A stretch of 64,000 nucleotides of DNA, taken from positions 1,488,001 to 1,552,000 of the forward strand of contig OZ281499.1 in the NCBI GenBank assembly GCA_965637545.1, in the 5' to 3' direction. A program made the position numbers and the translations under genes. Numbering within the stretch: position 1 is the stretch's first letter; every line of letters starts with the position of its first letter. Positions 37,242 to 50,659 of the stretch are shown one piece after another. The notes beneath the pieces were generated by a model. It was given only the letters and a program-made list of their open reading frames with translations, was not told the DNA's origin and searched no databases. This DNA is from Phallusia mammillata (taxonomy: Eukaryota).

Positions 37242-40200
37242 AAATATGCAGCGAGTTTTTGAAAAGGCAGCTTGACCCATCGAACTGTCTCGGCATCCGA
37301 GCATTTGCTGACACTCATGCCTGCAGAGAGTTACTACGAGTAGCCGACAAGTTCACACAAGCAAACTTTCAAGAGGTAAGTTCGTTGTTGTTTGAAATAC
37401 ATGGACAAGAAACTTTACTGGTGCTATTAAAATGCATTGTAAGTCATATGCTTATAGCAAAATTCTAATTCAATATCACATTTAGGTACACATTGGATAG
37501 TTTAAATACTCTAAGCAAAAAGCAAGATAGCCCTCAGAAGATCAAATATATACTGACTTCTCTTTTTGCTCAGTGTTTTATATGGTATTGATGGTAATGT
37601 TTCATGTTTCTGACTTGAATGTGCAAATAAGTTTAGCTTTTGCATTATGTAGATTTGGGAAAACATTTCTTTTTACCGCTCTATCTGTTTGTGGTTGCAT
37701 TTTCACAAAATCATAATAAAAACGATTTTTGTGTGTGTGAAGGTGAAAGAGAATGAAGAGTTTCGTCTTTTGCCTGTGGAGCAGTTAATAGAAATCATAA
37801 GCTCAGATGACCTGAACGTCAGGTCCGAGGAACACGTTTACAAAGCACTTATGACATGGACACAACATGATATTGCTGAGAGGAGACCATTGCTACCTAA
37901 AGTATGTATTCTGGTTTGTTATGCATTGAACATTCACGGTCACAGTGAGATGTGTCCCTCAATGAGTCAGTTGTTTAGTATTAACTAGAGATGTACCGCA
38001 TATTCGGTTTGCCGAATTTATTCGCTTTGTTGTGATTCGGCCGAAACCGAATCTTTTACGAACTCAAATTTGAAACATGATACATGTCTTTTCTGCTAAA
38101 AAAGGCCCTATACACAATCTTTCATGTTTCAGTGACATAACTACAATCACATCAATTCTTATTACTATTTTTTAAAACATTTTTCCCACTCAGACAAAAA
38201 GTCTGTAATTCATTGGCAGGCTGTCATCCATGGCCGAGGCGACCTAAAACCCCAGAGAACTGAAATGATAATAAAACACAACTATTCTGTTGTGTAGCAC
38301 CACTGTTTCCATGGTCAAAAAACTCCTGTTTTTATGTCAAACGCGTACTGTAAGACTTTGCATGACATCATCAAACATTCGGTTGAACCCAGTTTTGTAA
38401 CTTGCGTCAAACTCCAATGTACTGGTCATTCACATACATATCATGTCAAACTAAACAAACAACTCCCCTTAGCATTTTGGTGCAAACTAACTTGCTTGTG
38501 GTGTCACAGCACATCACACCTAGGTTATATGTTTAAAATGGCCAAACACACTGTTTTTTACACCTATGGAGTGTTACTGTGACTTTTAGTACCTTATTAA
38601 CAAACTGGTGGCTCCCTTTAAGTCCATGCGAATTGTCAGACTTGTAAAAAATATGACTAACATGTTGTTACATTATACATTTGTTTTAATAACCCCTTTC
38701 AAGCGAGAATATTGGTGTAAAATATAACATTTCATTGTGTATTCAAGATTCTTACTGTATGGTAACTTGTTTTTTACACTGCAGAGTGCAGACTATTAAA
38801 CAATTGTGTACAGTAAAAAAAAACATCTTCAAATAAGGCATGTCACATCTTGCGTATATTTGGGCCGTTATTTTCACCATTAAACTTATGAACAGATCCG
38901 TATATAGTGTCCAAAGTTCTAATTTTATAATCAAAATATATGACCACATACTTGCTTTACAGTTCAGATTATCATGTACAATGCAAATCATATTCTTTCA
39001 GGTTTTACAACATGTTCGTCTCCCGTTGCTCACCCCAAAATTTCTGGTCGGGGTTGTAAGTGTCGATCCTCTCATCCACAATGATGAGCAGTGCAGGGAT
39101 TTAGTGGATGAGGCGAAGAACTATATGTTGTTGCCACAGGAACGACCTCTAATGCAGGGTCCAAGGACAAGACCAAGACGACCAATTACAAGAGAAGTCC
39201 TTTTTGCAGTTGGTGGTAAGTAAAGTACATTGTATTCAGTGATGGGATTCAGCCGGTTCGCACAGGTTCTATAGAACCGTCTCACAAAATTTTATGAGAT
39301 CAGCGAACCGGTTAACATTAATGGTTACTGTCAATGGACTTTTTGTAACAGAGCCAGCTGAAAAATAAGACTTTTGTGATAGAACAGGCTGACAAAAAAT
39401 TTGAATCCCACCACTGATTGTGTTGCTTGTTTTCAAGCATGAAACATAGCAAGTTTCTAAACTTTTTTACTTTCTCCTTTTTGTGTTATAGATGAAATCT
39501 TGTTTTTCCTTTTTTGTGTGCCACCAAATTACAAAGAAAACGATTAAAAATTTTAGTTTGAAGCTTTAATATTGAAAATAAGGCTTAGAAAGCATGTGAT
39601 CTCTTGAGCTTTCTAAATTAAGAGCCCTTGTTCTTAATACAAGACTAGTATTGTGACAAACTACTAGGTTATAGTAAGGTAAACAAGCTCTGTTAAACAA
39701 AACGATGAATCATAATTGAATCGTTTGTTTCACACAGGTTGGTGCAGCGGTGACGCGATCAGCTCGGTGGAGCGCTACTGCCCAGAGACACGTGACTGGC
39801 GCTTGGTGGCGCCGATGAGCAAGCGGAGGTGTGGCGTAGGCGTAGCTGTACTGGACGACCTGTTGTATGCAGTGGGTGGACACGATGGAACGTCCTACTT
39901 GAACAGTGTGGAAAGGTGTGTTACGTATTGTTGCTATACACTTCTTCTTTTGTGACGACACAAAAGCGGTGATTTGATTTCGTTGCAAACATCGGCATTT
40001 GGTGCTTTGTCGTTATAACGTTTGGGTCTCAAAACAAGTCAATTAAAACAGCAAATTCAGTCCTTTAATTCAGAAAAAAAAATTCGGCCCATAATATTCA
40101 CCATCCTTAATGTGGCCCTTCATGCTCTTAATTTTTGACCACCCTGTTGTAGACAACCCATTCGTAACCTTATCATGAGACGCATTCCCCAAAATGTCGA

Positions 40201-42648
40201 ATTTGCATAGTATATTAAAGGGTCAATTTGGAAACACTTGCTGGACATTCTTGCACAATATTGTCAGCAATGTCGTGTCCCATATTGTGTGTTAATATCT
40301 GGCTACAGCTCAAAAGTTTTGAACTTTTCCAGACCCCAAGTGTTTTGTGAGATTTCAACAAGAGAAATTTAGAAGCCTAAACGGACGTAAAAGAGACCTG
40401 CATAAACGTTTTAGCAAAATGCTTGTGCCATGATCAGTCATTTATTGTATTTGTCAAAATACATTGCATTGACTTTTGTCGGAACGTGTGGAAATTATAG
40501 TGTCTCATTATACGTCCATACTGACATGCTTTACGTCTAGCAATAGTAACAGGATATATTAAAACGTATGCATGCGAAATTAGAATGTTAAATTTTGGGG
40601 TTAAATTTTATCCTCGATATCTGCAAATGGGTAAAAAAGAGAAAAGGGGCTGAGAACGTATGATGGAAAGTGTGGATTCATCTTGTGCTGTTGTTTGATT
40701 TCGAAGGTTCGATCCCCAGACGAACCAATGGTCAAGCGACGTAGCACCTACAAGTACATGTAGAACCAGTGTTGGTGTAGCAGTATTGGATGGATATCTG
40801 TATGCTGTTGGAGGGCAAGACGGGATGTCGTGTCTTAACATCGTTGAGCGGTAAGTTTTGGTCCTGGTTCTAAATGTATGTACCTACAGGCTGTACGCAC
40901 TTACACGATAATTTAAAAGTCAATAGTTAAATCGTGGTACAGCAATTTTAATTAACCAACTGGTCTTCGTTTATGTTTTGAAATTTGGTGATCGCTGTTT
41001 AAATCAGACGTGGGCGGCCTTTTAATCACCGTGTACCAATTTATAGCAATGACTTCGAGTGCCAACGTTTGTGTGTGTAAAAGCGATGTGCGTAAGCTGA
41101 ATAAAACTGTTATTAGAATGTATATTCGTACGTGTAGCCCTTTTTTACGATTTTTAAATCATAACAAGCGCAAAACAAGTATTGTAATGGTTCAAATTAC
41201 ATCAAAAAGTACTAGAATTCGAAGTTCTGAATCACTCGTTAAAAAAATGCTTTGCTGATTTTCCAATTTTATCGCCCGTTACTGAAACACATAACTGTTA
41301 ACCTAAACAACAGCACTAATATTCCAGGTACAGTTCAAAGGCAAACCGCTGGATTAAAGTTTGCTCGATGCGAACCAAACGTCTCGGGGTCTCTGTGGCG
41401 GTTTTGGGAGGATACTTGTACGCAGTTGGGGGTTCGGACGGACAGACGCCCTGGAATCTCGTGGAACGATATGACCCTAAGGAAAACCGCTGGTCTGACG
41501 TGGCACCCATGAGCACAAGACGAAAACATCTCGGTTGTGCGGTCTACAGGGTAAGTAGAAGGGGATAGGCATAAACTGGAAGTGTTCAGATTGGTTGTGG
41601 GCCGGAAAAATGTGTTCTGATTGGTTGAGTGCCAGTTAAAAGTGTTCTGATTGGTTGAGTCCGGTCAAAAATGTTCTGATTGGCTGAGTGCCGGGTAAAA
41701 GTGTTCTGATTTGCTGAGTGCCGGGTAAAAGTGTTCTGATTGGCTGAGTGCCGGTTAAAAGTTTTCTGATTGGCTGGGTGCCGGGTAAAAGTGTTCTGAT
41801 TGGCTGAGTGCCGGTAAAAGTGTTCTGATTTATTAAGTGCCGGTTAAAAGTTTTCTGATTGGCTGAGTGCCGAGTAAAAGTGAATATAGTTTAGCCCTTA
41901 CACACAGGACATGCTGTACGCTGTTGGTGGAAGAGACGACACCACTGAGCTGAACACAGTGGAAAAATACAACCCCAACACCAATACGTGGAGCACAGTT
42001 GTCGCTATGAACTCACGAAGAAGCGGGGTAAATTGCAAGAAAGGAGCATTTATTGCGGATGTGTTATTCCGTGGTCAAAATGTTTCGTTAAAATTGGTTT
42101 GTGGGAGAGTTGTAAGCGGGCCTGAAAGTACAAGTCCGAAGCCTGGTCCGTTTGATTGACAGGTCCCTCTTCAAAAGCTCACAAGACGTACTACTGTACA
42201 GAATATAATTAAAAACCGCGTTTTGATGCTGTTGGGCATTAGGTGAAGTCCAGCAACTAGCTACTGAATTGCATAATTAATCTGAAAAAAAATTAAAGTC
42301 CGACCTGAATTAGGCCCGTTTGTTCGACTAAACCTAAGCCCGAAACAGAACCCGGCCCGACTTACAACTTTGGTTTGTGGCTCATCAGACCCAGCTAAGT
42401 TATAAAAATGTTAACATCTGTGCAGTCACAAGAGGTTCGAGCAGGTTCTAACCCATTTTTTTCGCTTTTAGGTTGGCTTAGCTGTAGTGAACGGACAACT
42501 TATGGCTGTCGGAGGCTTTGACGGAACCAGCTACCTCAAAACGATTGAGATTTTCACTCCTGAAGCTAACACGTGGAGAATGTATGACGGAATGCACTAC
42601 AGACGACTTGGAGGGGGTGTGGGGGTGATAAGGCTCCCCCAAACCTGA
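37242..42648 (+). CDS. KLHL20: Kelch-like protein 20 / diablo orthologue, BACK plus six Kelch repeats; exons 37242-37375, 37743-37901, 39002-39215, 39738-39915, 40707-40850, 41328-41550, 41908-42027, 42472-42648; 5' (BTB) exons not found
   Basis: All exons have GT/AG ends and compatible phases. The translation ([42 protein letters not shown]-type, [56 protein letters not shown]) matches my recollection of vertebrate KLHL20. Confidence 0.92.
41581..41880 (+). repeat. Intronic minisatellite, 10 units of ~30 bp (gtgttctgattggctgagtgccgggtaaaa)
   Basis: Directly visible periodicity; 8 of 10 units retain GATTGG. Confidence 0.95.
42106..42370. mobile_element. MITE-like repeat with AGAGTTGTAAG/CTTACAACT ends (relatives ~22373-22480, ~45840-46067)
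   Basis: Inverted termini and shared aaagtacaag/cccga motifs. TSD not resolved. Confidence 0.55.
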
Positions 42649-44047
42649 CCACCCCCCGGGTACCAATCCCTGGGAATGTTGATGATGATGCAACAAAACA
42701 AGGAGTCATAGAAATCAGAGGAATTTTCGCCACGCTTGACTGAAGCTGGGTTGTCTAGTTTTGGAGTTCATTTAATCAGTTTTTGATTTTAGGGCAATTT
42801 GGAGACAATACAACCTCTTTGCGATTGTCCTGGAAATCAAGTCATATGAAATCTGAGTTCATTGTTCAAGTTCACTGGCGAAGAATGATTCACACCGTTT
42901 CATGTCGCAAAAAAACGAAGTTATTATGTTTTTGGTTTTCTGCAACCAAATATTTGTTTTATTTTTCAAATCATTATATTTTTGCTTCGCGTTTATTATT
43001 CTGGAATTATAGACCTATAAAAAATTAAGTGCTGTCCAAACAGTTAACGACTCGCATCGTTCTTTGAAGTTTCCAATTATCGGTTGGTTTAAATTGGACT
43101 TGTGAATTTTATGAATATAGCCTACGTCTTCCCAACCTTAATTTGTCCGCAAACTTAACGCAACGGAACTGGTTGAGTTCTAAACAATAAATTAACTTTT
43201 TCTGTGGGCGTTATTGCCCATCGTTTAACAAAGTTGGACCGGTTCATGACCTGCAGAGGACATTTGGTGCGGCCTGCCATCGCAAAATTGTTGCATTTAC
43301 ATTTTTGCCTTGAAACGTGGAAGACGTTTATGATGACGCCTAACCACTCCTAGGTCTGTAAATCCTCAAAGTGAAATGGATTTTCTTGGACACAATGAGT
43401 TTTCGTAAATTTGCTGGTGTCACTTTGTGTTGCTAGGCCTGGAATTAAACAGCTCTGCTCGTTCATTGTTTGACGTCAACACTTGCTTAGTGTTAAACGT
43501 GAACTTGGGTGAAAAAAAAACGTGCTTTGTTTTGTCTGACGTCAATAAGAGCCTCAGTGACGACATAAAGGAACTTGTTCGGCTTTGTGAAATCACAAGT
43601 TCGAGTTACTGTGTGAGATATTATGACGTTACAAGTTTGACTTATTGTGACGTCATTGCTCGAGGTAATGTGACGTTACATACTTGAATTAAAATGACGT
43701 CCGGTAAGCACATTATTTAGTCAATTTTAGTTGGTTCAATCAAAAAAACGCGCTTGCATCTTTGTTTCTCGTATTCGAAACAACTTTGGGAGATAAGTTT
43801 GAAATGTTTGTGAGGATTTTGTTACGGAGGTCCTAACTTATTCACTGTGGTTCGTCCACTCCGCTATGTTGTGCTTCCACAATGTGTTTAATAAACGCCC
43901 TAAAATAAGTGTTATTACTGGTGTAGACAATGCAATGGTGAACTACAGTTTGTAAACAGTTGCTCGAGTTTTAATGTTAACTTGACTAGCTTCCGATGTT
44001 TCTTAGCGTTTACAAAAATAAGTTTGGTTTTCAAACCGGTTATGTGA

Positions 44048-44127
44048 CGTAATAACGACAAACGATGACGTTGTGGAATATGGACAAGTTATGGGGAGAG
44101 TTGGAAGACAAAATTGTGGCCAGAACA
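44048..44127 (+). pseudogene. MTCSIDD family copy 7, short degenerate 5' fragment
   Basis: gtgacgtaataacgacaaacgatgacgttgtgg...ttggaagacaaaattgtggccagaaca matches the DVITTNDDVV...LEDKIVART coding sequence with indels. Confidence 0.75.
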
Positions 44128-44443
44128 AACGGCCGGTGTTCATCATAATCTGCCAGGTATAAGTATTCCAGAAAGCTGATAATGTGAACCAAAGTAAACT
44201 TTGATTAGTCGCTTATAAACAACTGTTGAATTCATCGCTCATACAGAGTCCCGGCAACGCGATTAATCCTCTGTTTTTTCTCTTTTCCGCTGCTTTAATC
44301 GTGATGAAAATATTCTGCAGGTGTGTCACAAGGGACATTTGTAATAGATACATCGTGTATTATAAAATCACGTTTTGAAAGATATGCAAATCACTCAGTA
44401 GAAAGCACTACAGAACAAGTGCACTCGATATAAGAGATTACTA

Positions 44444-45609
44444 TCAGTTTTCCAAAGCGAAGAAATTTTTCATTTCTTTAAACTTCGCAGTGACGTTCGC
44501 CCGAGGAAAGTCATCTTTGTTTCCAAGATACCTGAACATAAAATCATTTGATTACTTTACAGTTGCTTCCCAGCAACTCGATTGTGTGACAAATGTTATG
44601 TTCTATTTTTGAAAATTAGAACTGAACAAGTTTACGAATAATTTTAATTTATCGTCATGTATATCTTCCTTCATGATTATAATATCTTTATTATGCTTAA
44701 ACCATCCAAACATATTGTTGAGCTAACTAGATCTTTTTGAAATGTTGACTGAACTTAACGCATCAGGTCTTTATGTCTCGAACCGAATGTTTTGACTCAC
44801 GTTTTGATCATAGACTTTGCTTCACTGAGTCTCTGTTCGTATTTCAAAATGAAATCGTTGTTGTCAGCTAATTCCTGATTGGCTTCGCTTTTCGTTGTTA
44901 AACCCTGGACCACTCGGCGCGAGCCAAAAATCCATTCCAAACGACCAGTTTGACCGGTTTCGAGCGCAATTTTAATGCAAGCGGCAGCAGGAATATGCTG
45001 GTAGCGACGGTCCTGATAATACGGCATCTTCGGTTTTGCCATTTCGAGAGCCAAAGCATAGAAGATATGGCGATAAACTGGTTCAATTTTCTCCAGTGAT
45101 AAGTTCCAGATTTTTGGAAAAACTTCTGCAAATTCTTTGCGTTTTGTTTCAAGGTCAAGTGGTTCATGACTCGATAGCCCTTGATTTCTCCATCTGCTGT
45201 CTGAAAATATTTTATCCCAGTACATTCTATCTTTATCGGTCTTTTTTGGCAAGGTTATAGCCTCTACCCGACCTTTACTAAACACAACAATCACTGCGTC
45301 TGGCTCGTTATCCATCATCAACACGATACACATGCCAGGTTTGTAGAATTTTTTGTCGCTAAAAAACGAAATGATTTGTCGAACTAATAAGTTTCCGTTT
45401 GAACCAGAAACCTCAAACGATTTGTAAGTTGGCGTGGAAAACTTTATTTGCTTCTTTCTCTTTTCCCTTAGGATTCGAACTCTGTCCATAATTTTGTCCT
45501 CCAGCCTTCCCCCTAACTTGTCCATATCCCACAAATCAGGCATAACGTCATCGTTTGTCGTTATTACGTCACAAAACTGTTCAACGGCGTCATCAATACT
45601 ACACGTCAT
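44444..45609 (-). CDS. MTCSIDD family copy 8, intact (exons 45609-44801, 44531-44444)
   Basis: 270-aa ORF, canonical GT/AG on the minus strand, exon 2 YLGNKDDFPRANVTAKFKEMKNFFALEN*. Confidence 0.85.
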
Positions 45610-46757
45610 AGCTGTTGGATTTGTCTTGTTTGGAAAAGATCCAGATACGAATGAGATTTCTAAAAACGTTTCCAGTCCACAGACATATATGTAGAAGTAG
45701 ATTGCGCCACATCATTGAAAAGGGGCATCCCCAGTTTGCTGATTTCTGTTTCCCCTAAACCTGGCAAACGTGATCCGGCTACGTCGCGATGAAACGAGCG
45801 TCGCAGTGTCTGCGTTGCAGAGTTTTAAACGAGAATGAGATTGGAGACTGAACCTGAAAGTACAAGCCTGAACCCGGCTCGTTCCCGAATCGTTTTTGAG
45901 AAGCCCGTTAGGCCTGAAAGTTTGATTGACAGGCCTATATACACGGTCGGTCGGGTCTAGCAACGGCTACTTTGCTTGTTAAATTTATTTAAAAAACTGA
46001 CACCGAGTGTAAAACAGGCCCTTTTTTGAAAAAAACTTCAACCCAAACCCGACCGAGTAACAACTCTGTTGCATTGACACAATTCATTTTTTTCGGTCTA
46101 CATTACTGGTAAAGTTCGCGTTATTTGTCTGTTTGTCGGCTTCAAAAGTATAGTTACATGTTGCAACAGGTTCCAGTCTGGGCAAGTTTACAACCAAGAT
46201 GTCTCTGACGCGTCCAGCAATATTTCACACATTAAATCCCCCTCCATGCCTTTTGTTCTAATGTTACACATCGCATTTGATCAATGATTAAATAATGTAT
46301 TGCGCCACGTGAAAGCTTTTAATTTACGTTGTTAAGCTTTCACGTAATACTTCAAAGTAAAACCCACCAAATTGTTAATACTTAACCCAGTGATATTTAA
46401 ACTGTATTTCGCGGCACGCTGATGCGCCCGCAAAGATGTCAAAGCATACAGCGGAATATTCTTTTACCAACTTTTGTGTTGTTGGCCTGCGCATTGAGAA
46501 ATTTTAAACAGAAGTACCAGGTAAATCCAGGTCTTTTGTTTGCGTCTCCTTTGACGTCCAAGCACCATCGAACAAAAAGGGACTTGTAGTAAAAACGTCA
46601 ATCAAAAATGATTGAAAAATTTAAAACCACAAAAGCATTTTTAGCTTGTTGCCAAGTGTGAAAGTCGCAAAGCAATGTAAATAATTTACAAACATTTAGC
46701 GGCGAAAACAAACATTCAATAAGTACACTTAATACATTGTCCACTGACAAGTTGTCG

Positions 46758-47887
46758 TTAGTTTTCCAAGGCGAAAAACTTCTTCATTTCTTCAACCTTT
46801 GCTGTAACGTTCGCCTGGGGAAAGTTTTCCCCATCTTTGTCTCCAAGATACCTAAACATAAAATATGTTTTCTACTTCCTCTCAAGCAGATAAATATATT
46901 GCGTCTATAAGCTGCGTTCAATTTAAAAAAACAAACATGTAAAACGGCTTGTTTTTACCTGAATTATTCGACGAAAAACCAGAAGATGTCTGAATCAATA
47001 CATTTGTGAAGTTATCATTTCAAAAAAATTGACTTTTCAATGTTGGGTTAGACCAATGCTTATACTCACATTTTAATCATTACTTTCGCCTGGTTGAGTC
47101 TCCATTCGCCTTTTTGAATAAATTCAGTGTTGTCAACTACATCTTGACCAAATTCATTCTGTGCCTGTTTGGTTCGGCCTTTACGCGCCCCAAACACATT
47201 CTCAAAACGACCTGTTTGGCCTGTTTTAATCGCAATTTTAATGCAAGCAGCAATGGGAATGTGCTTGTATGTATCGTGATGCAAATGAAGCTGCATTTTG
47301 GGCTTGGCCATTTCTGATGCCAATGCATAGAAAATATAGCGATAAAGTGGATCAATTTTCCCGAATGGTAAGTTCCAATCTTTGGAAAAAGTTTCTGCAA
47401 AATTTCTGCGTTTTGTTTCAAGGTCATTTGGGTCATATTCTGTTCTTCCTATTTCCCTCTGTAACTCACACATGCTATCAGCAAATATTTTATCCCATAA
47501 TGCTCTTTGATGCTCAGTTTTCTTCGGCGCAGTAAAGGTTTCAGGTCGGCCTTCTTTAAATACGACAATCACTGCGTCTGGCTCGTTATCCACCGTCAAC
47601 ACGATACACATGCCAGGTTTGCAAATTTCTTTTTCGCTGAAAACTGAAATAATTTGACGAACGAGCAAGTTTCCGTTGGAATCAGAAACCTCCAACGATT
47701 TGTAAGTTGGCTTGGAAAATGTGATTTGCTTTCTTAAGTTCACTTTGATTATTCGAGTTCTGGCAACAATTTTTTCCTCCAACTCTCCACCTAACTTGTC
47801 CATATCCCACAATTCAGGCAGAACGTCATGGTTTGTCGTTATTACGTCACAAAACTGTTCAACGGCGTCATCAATACTACACGTCAT
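46758..47887 (-). CDS. MTCSIDD family copy 9, intact (exons 47887-47070, 46851-46758)
   Basis: 273-aa ORF, canonical splice sites, exon 2 YLGDKDGENFPQANVTAKVEEMKKFFALEN*. Confidence 0.85.
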
Positions 47888-48910
47888 GTTCTTCAGTTTA
47901 CGTCTTGTTGGGAAGCGATCCAGATGGAACTTCGCTTTTTATTGAAGTTCCCAGGTTAACTTATACAAGCAGATTGAGCCACACTTTCAAAAAGGTGCAT
48001 TCCCCGTTAGGTGACTTTTGTTTCCCCCTCGCGTAATAAACCTGATCGCGATATACGTACGTCACAATGTAACATGCGTAGGTTCTACGTTGACACAGTG
48101 AGATTAATAGTTTTTCATCACTGGTAAAGTTTGCCTTATTTGTCTTTTATCGACTTCAAAGGATACTTACATGTTGCGACAGCTTCCGAGTCTGGACAAG
48201 TTCACAATCAAAATATCCTTGACGCGTCCAGCAACATTTCAACCATCAAATTCCCCATCATGCCCTTTGTTCTCGTGTTACACTTTGGCTTCGATCAATG
48301 ATTAAAGGAATGTATCGCGCCACTTGTAAGCTTTTTGGTTTACGTTGTTGAGCTTTCGCGCAATACTCTAAAGTAAATACCCACCAAATTGTTAATACTT
48401 AACCCAGTGATTCTTCAACTGTATTCTGCGGCACGCTGATGATCCCGCAGAGATGTCAAAGCGTGCAGCGGAATATTCGTTATTTTGTACTGGAAACATT
48501 CTCTTATGTTTTCGGGTTTGATGAACAAATGTGACTTGTATGATAACGTTTTAAAGTTATTTCATACTTATTTGTCATAAAAGCAATTCCATCACACTAA
48601 CGTTGCAAACTAATTTCTTTTGATAACTTTTGTGTCGTTGCCCTGCTCATTGAGAAGTTTTAGACACAAGCACAGAGTAAATACAGGTTTGCATCTCGTT
48701 TGCCGGTCAATCATTATCAAATAAAATGCGACTTGTAGTAAAAACGTCAATCAAAAATAATTGGAAAATGTAAACCACAAAACCATTAGTTTTAAGCTTG
48801 TTGCCAAAACATAAAAGGCGCAAAGCAATGTAAATAATTTACAAACATTTAGCGGCGAAAACAAACATACAATAAGTACACTTAATACATTGTCCACTGA
48901 CAAGTTGTCG

Positions 48911-50015
48911 TTAGTTTTCCTAGGCGAAAAACTTCTTTATTTCTTCAACCTTGGCTCTAACGTTCTGCTGTGGAAAGTTTTCGCCATCTTTGTCTCCCAG
49001 ATACCTTAAAGTTAAAAAAAATTATAAATTTTACAGCAAGCTGCGTTCTATTAAAGAAATCAAAGTAAATTGACTTGTTTTAACCCAAAGTTTTAACCCA
49101 AATTATTCGACGAAAATCACAGGATATTCAAACAAAATTTGAAGTTATTATTTGAAAAAGTGGACCAATATTTGGTTAGAGTTAGACCAATGCTTCTACT
49201 CACATTCTGATTAAGGCTTTCGCCTGATTAAGCCGCCGTTCATGATTTGGGATATGTTCAGTGTTGTCAACTACATCTTGACCAACTTCGCTTCTTGCCT
49301 GTGGGTTTGGAGGTTTGCGCGCCCCAAATACCATCTCCAGCTGACCTGTCTGACCAGTTTCCATTGCGATCTTAATACAAGCAGCAGTGGGAATGCGTTT
49401 GATGCCATGGTGATCCAAATGAAACGGCATTTTTGGTTTCGCCATTTCGAATGCCAAGCCGTAAAGAAAATGGCGATCAACTAGATCGGTTCTCGCAAAT
49501 GGTAATTTCCAAATTTTGGGAAAATTTTCAACAAATTCTCTTCGTTTTGTTTCAAGATCAGTCAGCTCGAAACCTGACGTCCCATTGTTTCTCCAAACCT
49601 CAGACAACCTGTCAGAAAAAATGTGGTCCCAGCGTACGGTATTACATCTCGGGTTTCCCTGGGTTGTTATAACTTCTGACCGCCCCGCTTTAAAGACAAC
49701 AATCGCCCCATCAGGCTTGTGATCTACCATCAATACAATACCTATGCCAGGTTTGTAAATTTCATTTTTGCTAAGTACTGAAATAATTTGCCGAACAAAC
49801 AAGTTTCCGTTTGAACCAGAAACCTCCAAGGATTTGTAAGTGGGTTTTGCAAACGTTATTTGCCGGTCCTTTTTCAAAACTCGAATTCTCCTCATAATTT
49901 TTCTTTCCAACGCTCCGCCTAACATGTCCATGTCCCTCAATTCTGTTACAACGTCATCGTTCGTCGTTATTACGTCACAAAACTGCTCGGCAGCGTCATC
50001 AATACTACACGTCAT
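48911..50015 (-). CDS. MTCSIDD family copy 10, intact (exons 50015-49204, 49004-48911); closest to copy 2
   Basis: ORF 49200-50024, canonical splice sites, in-frame exon 2. Shares the QGNP(R/K)CNTVRWDHIFSDRL segment with copy 2. Confidence 0.85.
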
Positions 50016-50659
50016 GACTGGCACTTTACGGGTTGTCTGCAGATAATCTTATAACTCGCAAGTGAAGCTTTCGTTTCACAAGTCCCAGTCCTTTTAAACA
50101 TGGTTAAGAATGAGATTTCACAATAGAGTTAAAAAGGTGAATCCCTTTTCTGGCGACTTGACTCTCTCTACTTCAAAGTACTTTGTCACAATGCTGTCAC
50201 TCAATAAATTATTATTCTCCTGTTACATATTGGATATTTCGAACATGTTTTGAAGGCATTGTTTACCATTGCGCCACCAAAGTAACGCAATATAGTCCTG
50301 ACAGTTGGAAAAATAAACTTGTTTTTGTGAATGCTGTGAACAATCAAAGCAAGGATAAAGGGTTTTGCTTTCATCTTTCGTCGAGAAACTTTCGTTCACC
50401 ATTGCATTGTCTATCTTAAACAAAACAAAAAAACAAAAATAAAATTTATTTTAGGGCGTTTATTAAACACATTGTGGAAGCACAATATATTGGAGTGGGC
50501 GAACCACAGTGAATAAGTTGGGACCTCCGTTACAGAACTCTCACGAAAATTTCAAATTTAGTGGAAATCATATACCTAAAAAATATAAACACGGGCTATT
50601 AGGATGGTGTTAATAAGATAGATCTTGACAGGCCCAAAAAATAAAGAGACTAATGGTAC

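Larger units (their letters stand above)
27933..40650 (+). repeat. Near-perfect tandem duplication: units 27933-34291 and 34292-40650
   Basis: ORF track repeats with a constant 6359 offset. Junction ...aaaagggg|cgtttttg at 34291/34292. The only difference I spotted is A10 vs A9 (~33715 vs ~40074). Confidence 0.95.

Noticed and set aside
41581-41880. CRISPR-like ~30-bp periodicity
   Set aside because: Head-to-tail repeats without unique spacers, in a eukaryotic intron, with no cas genes.
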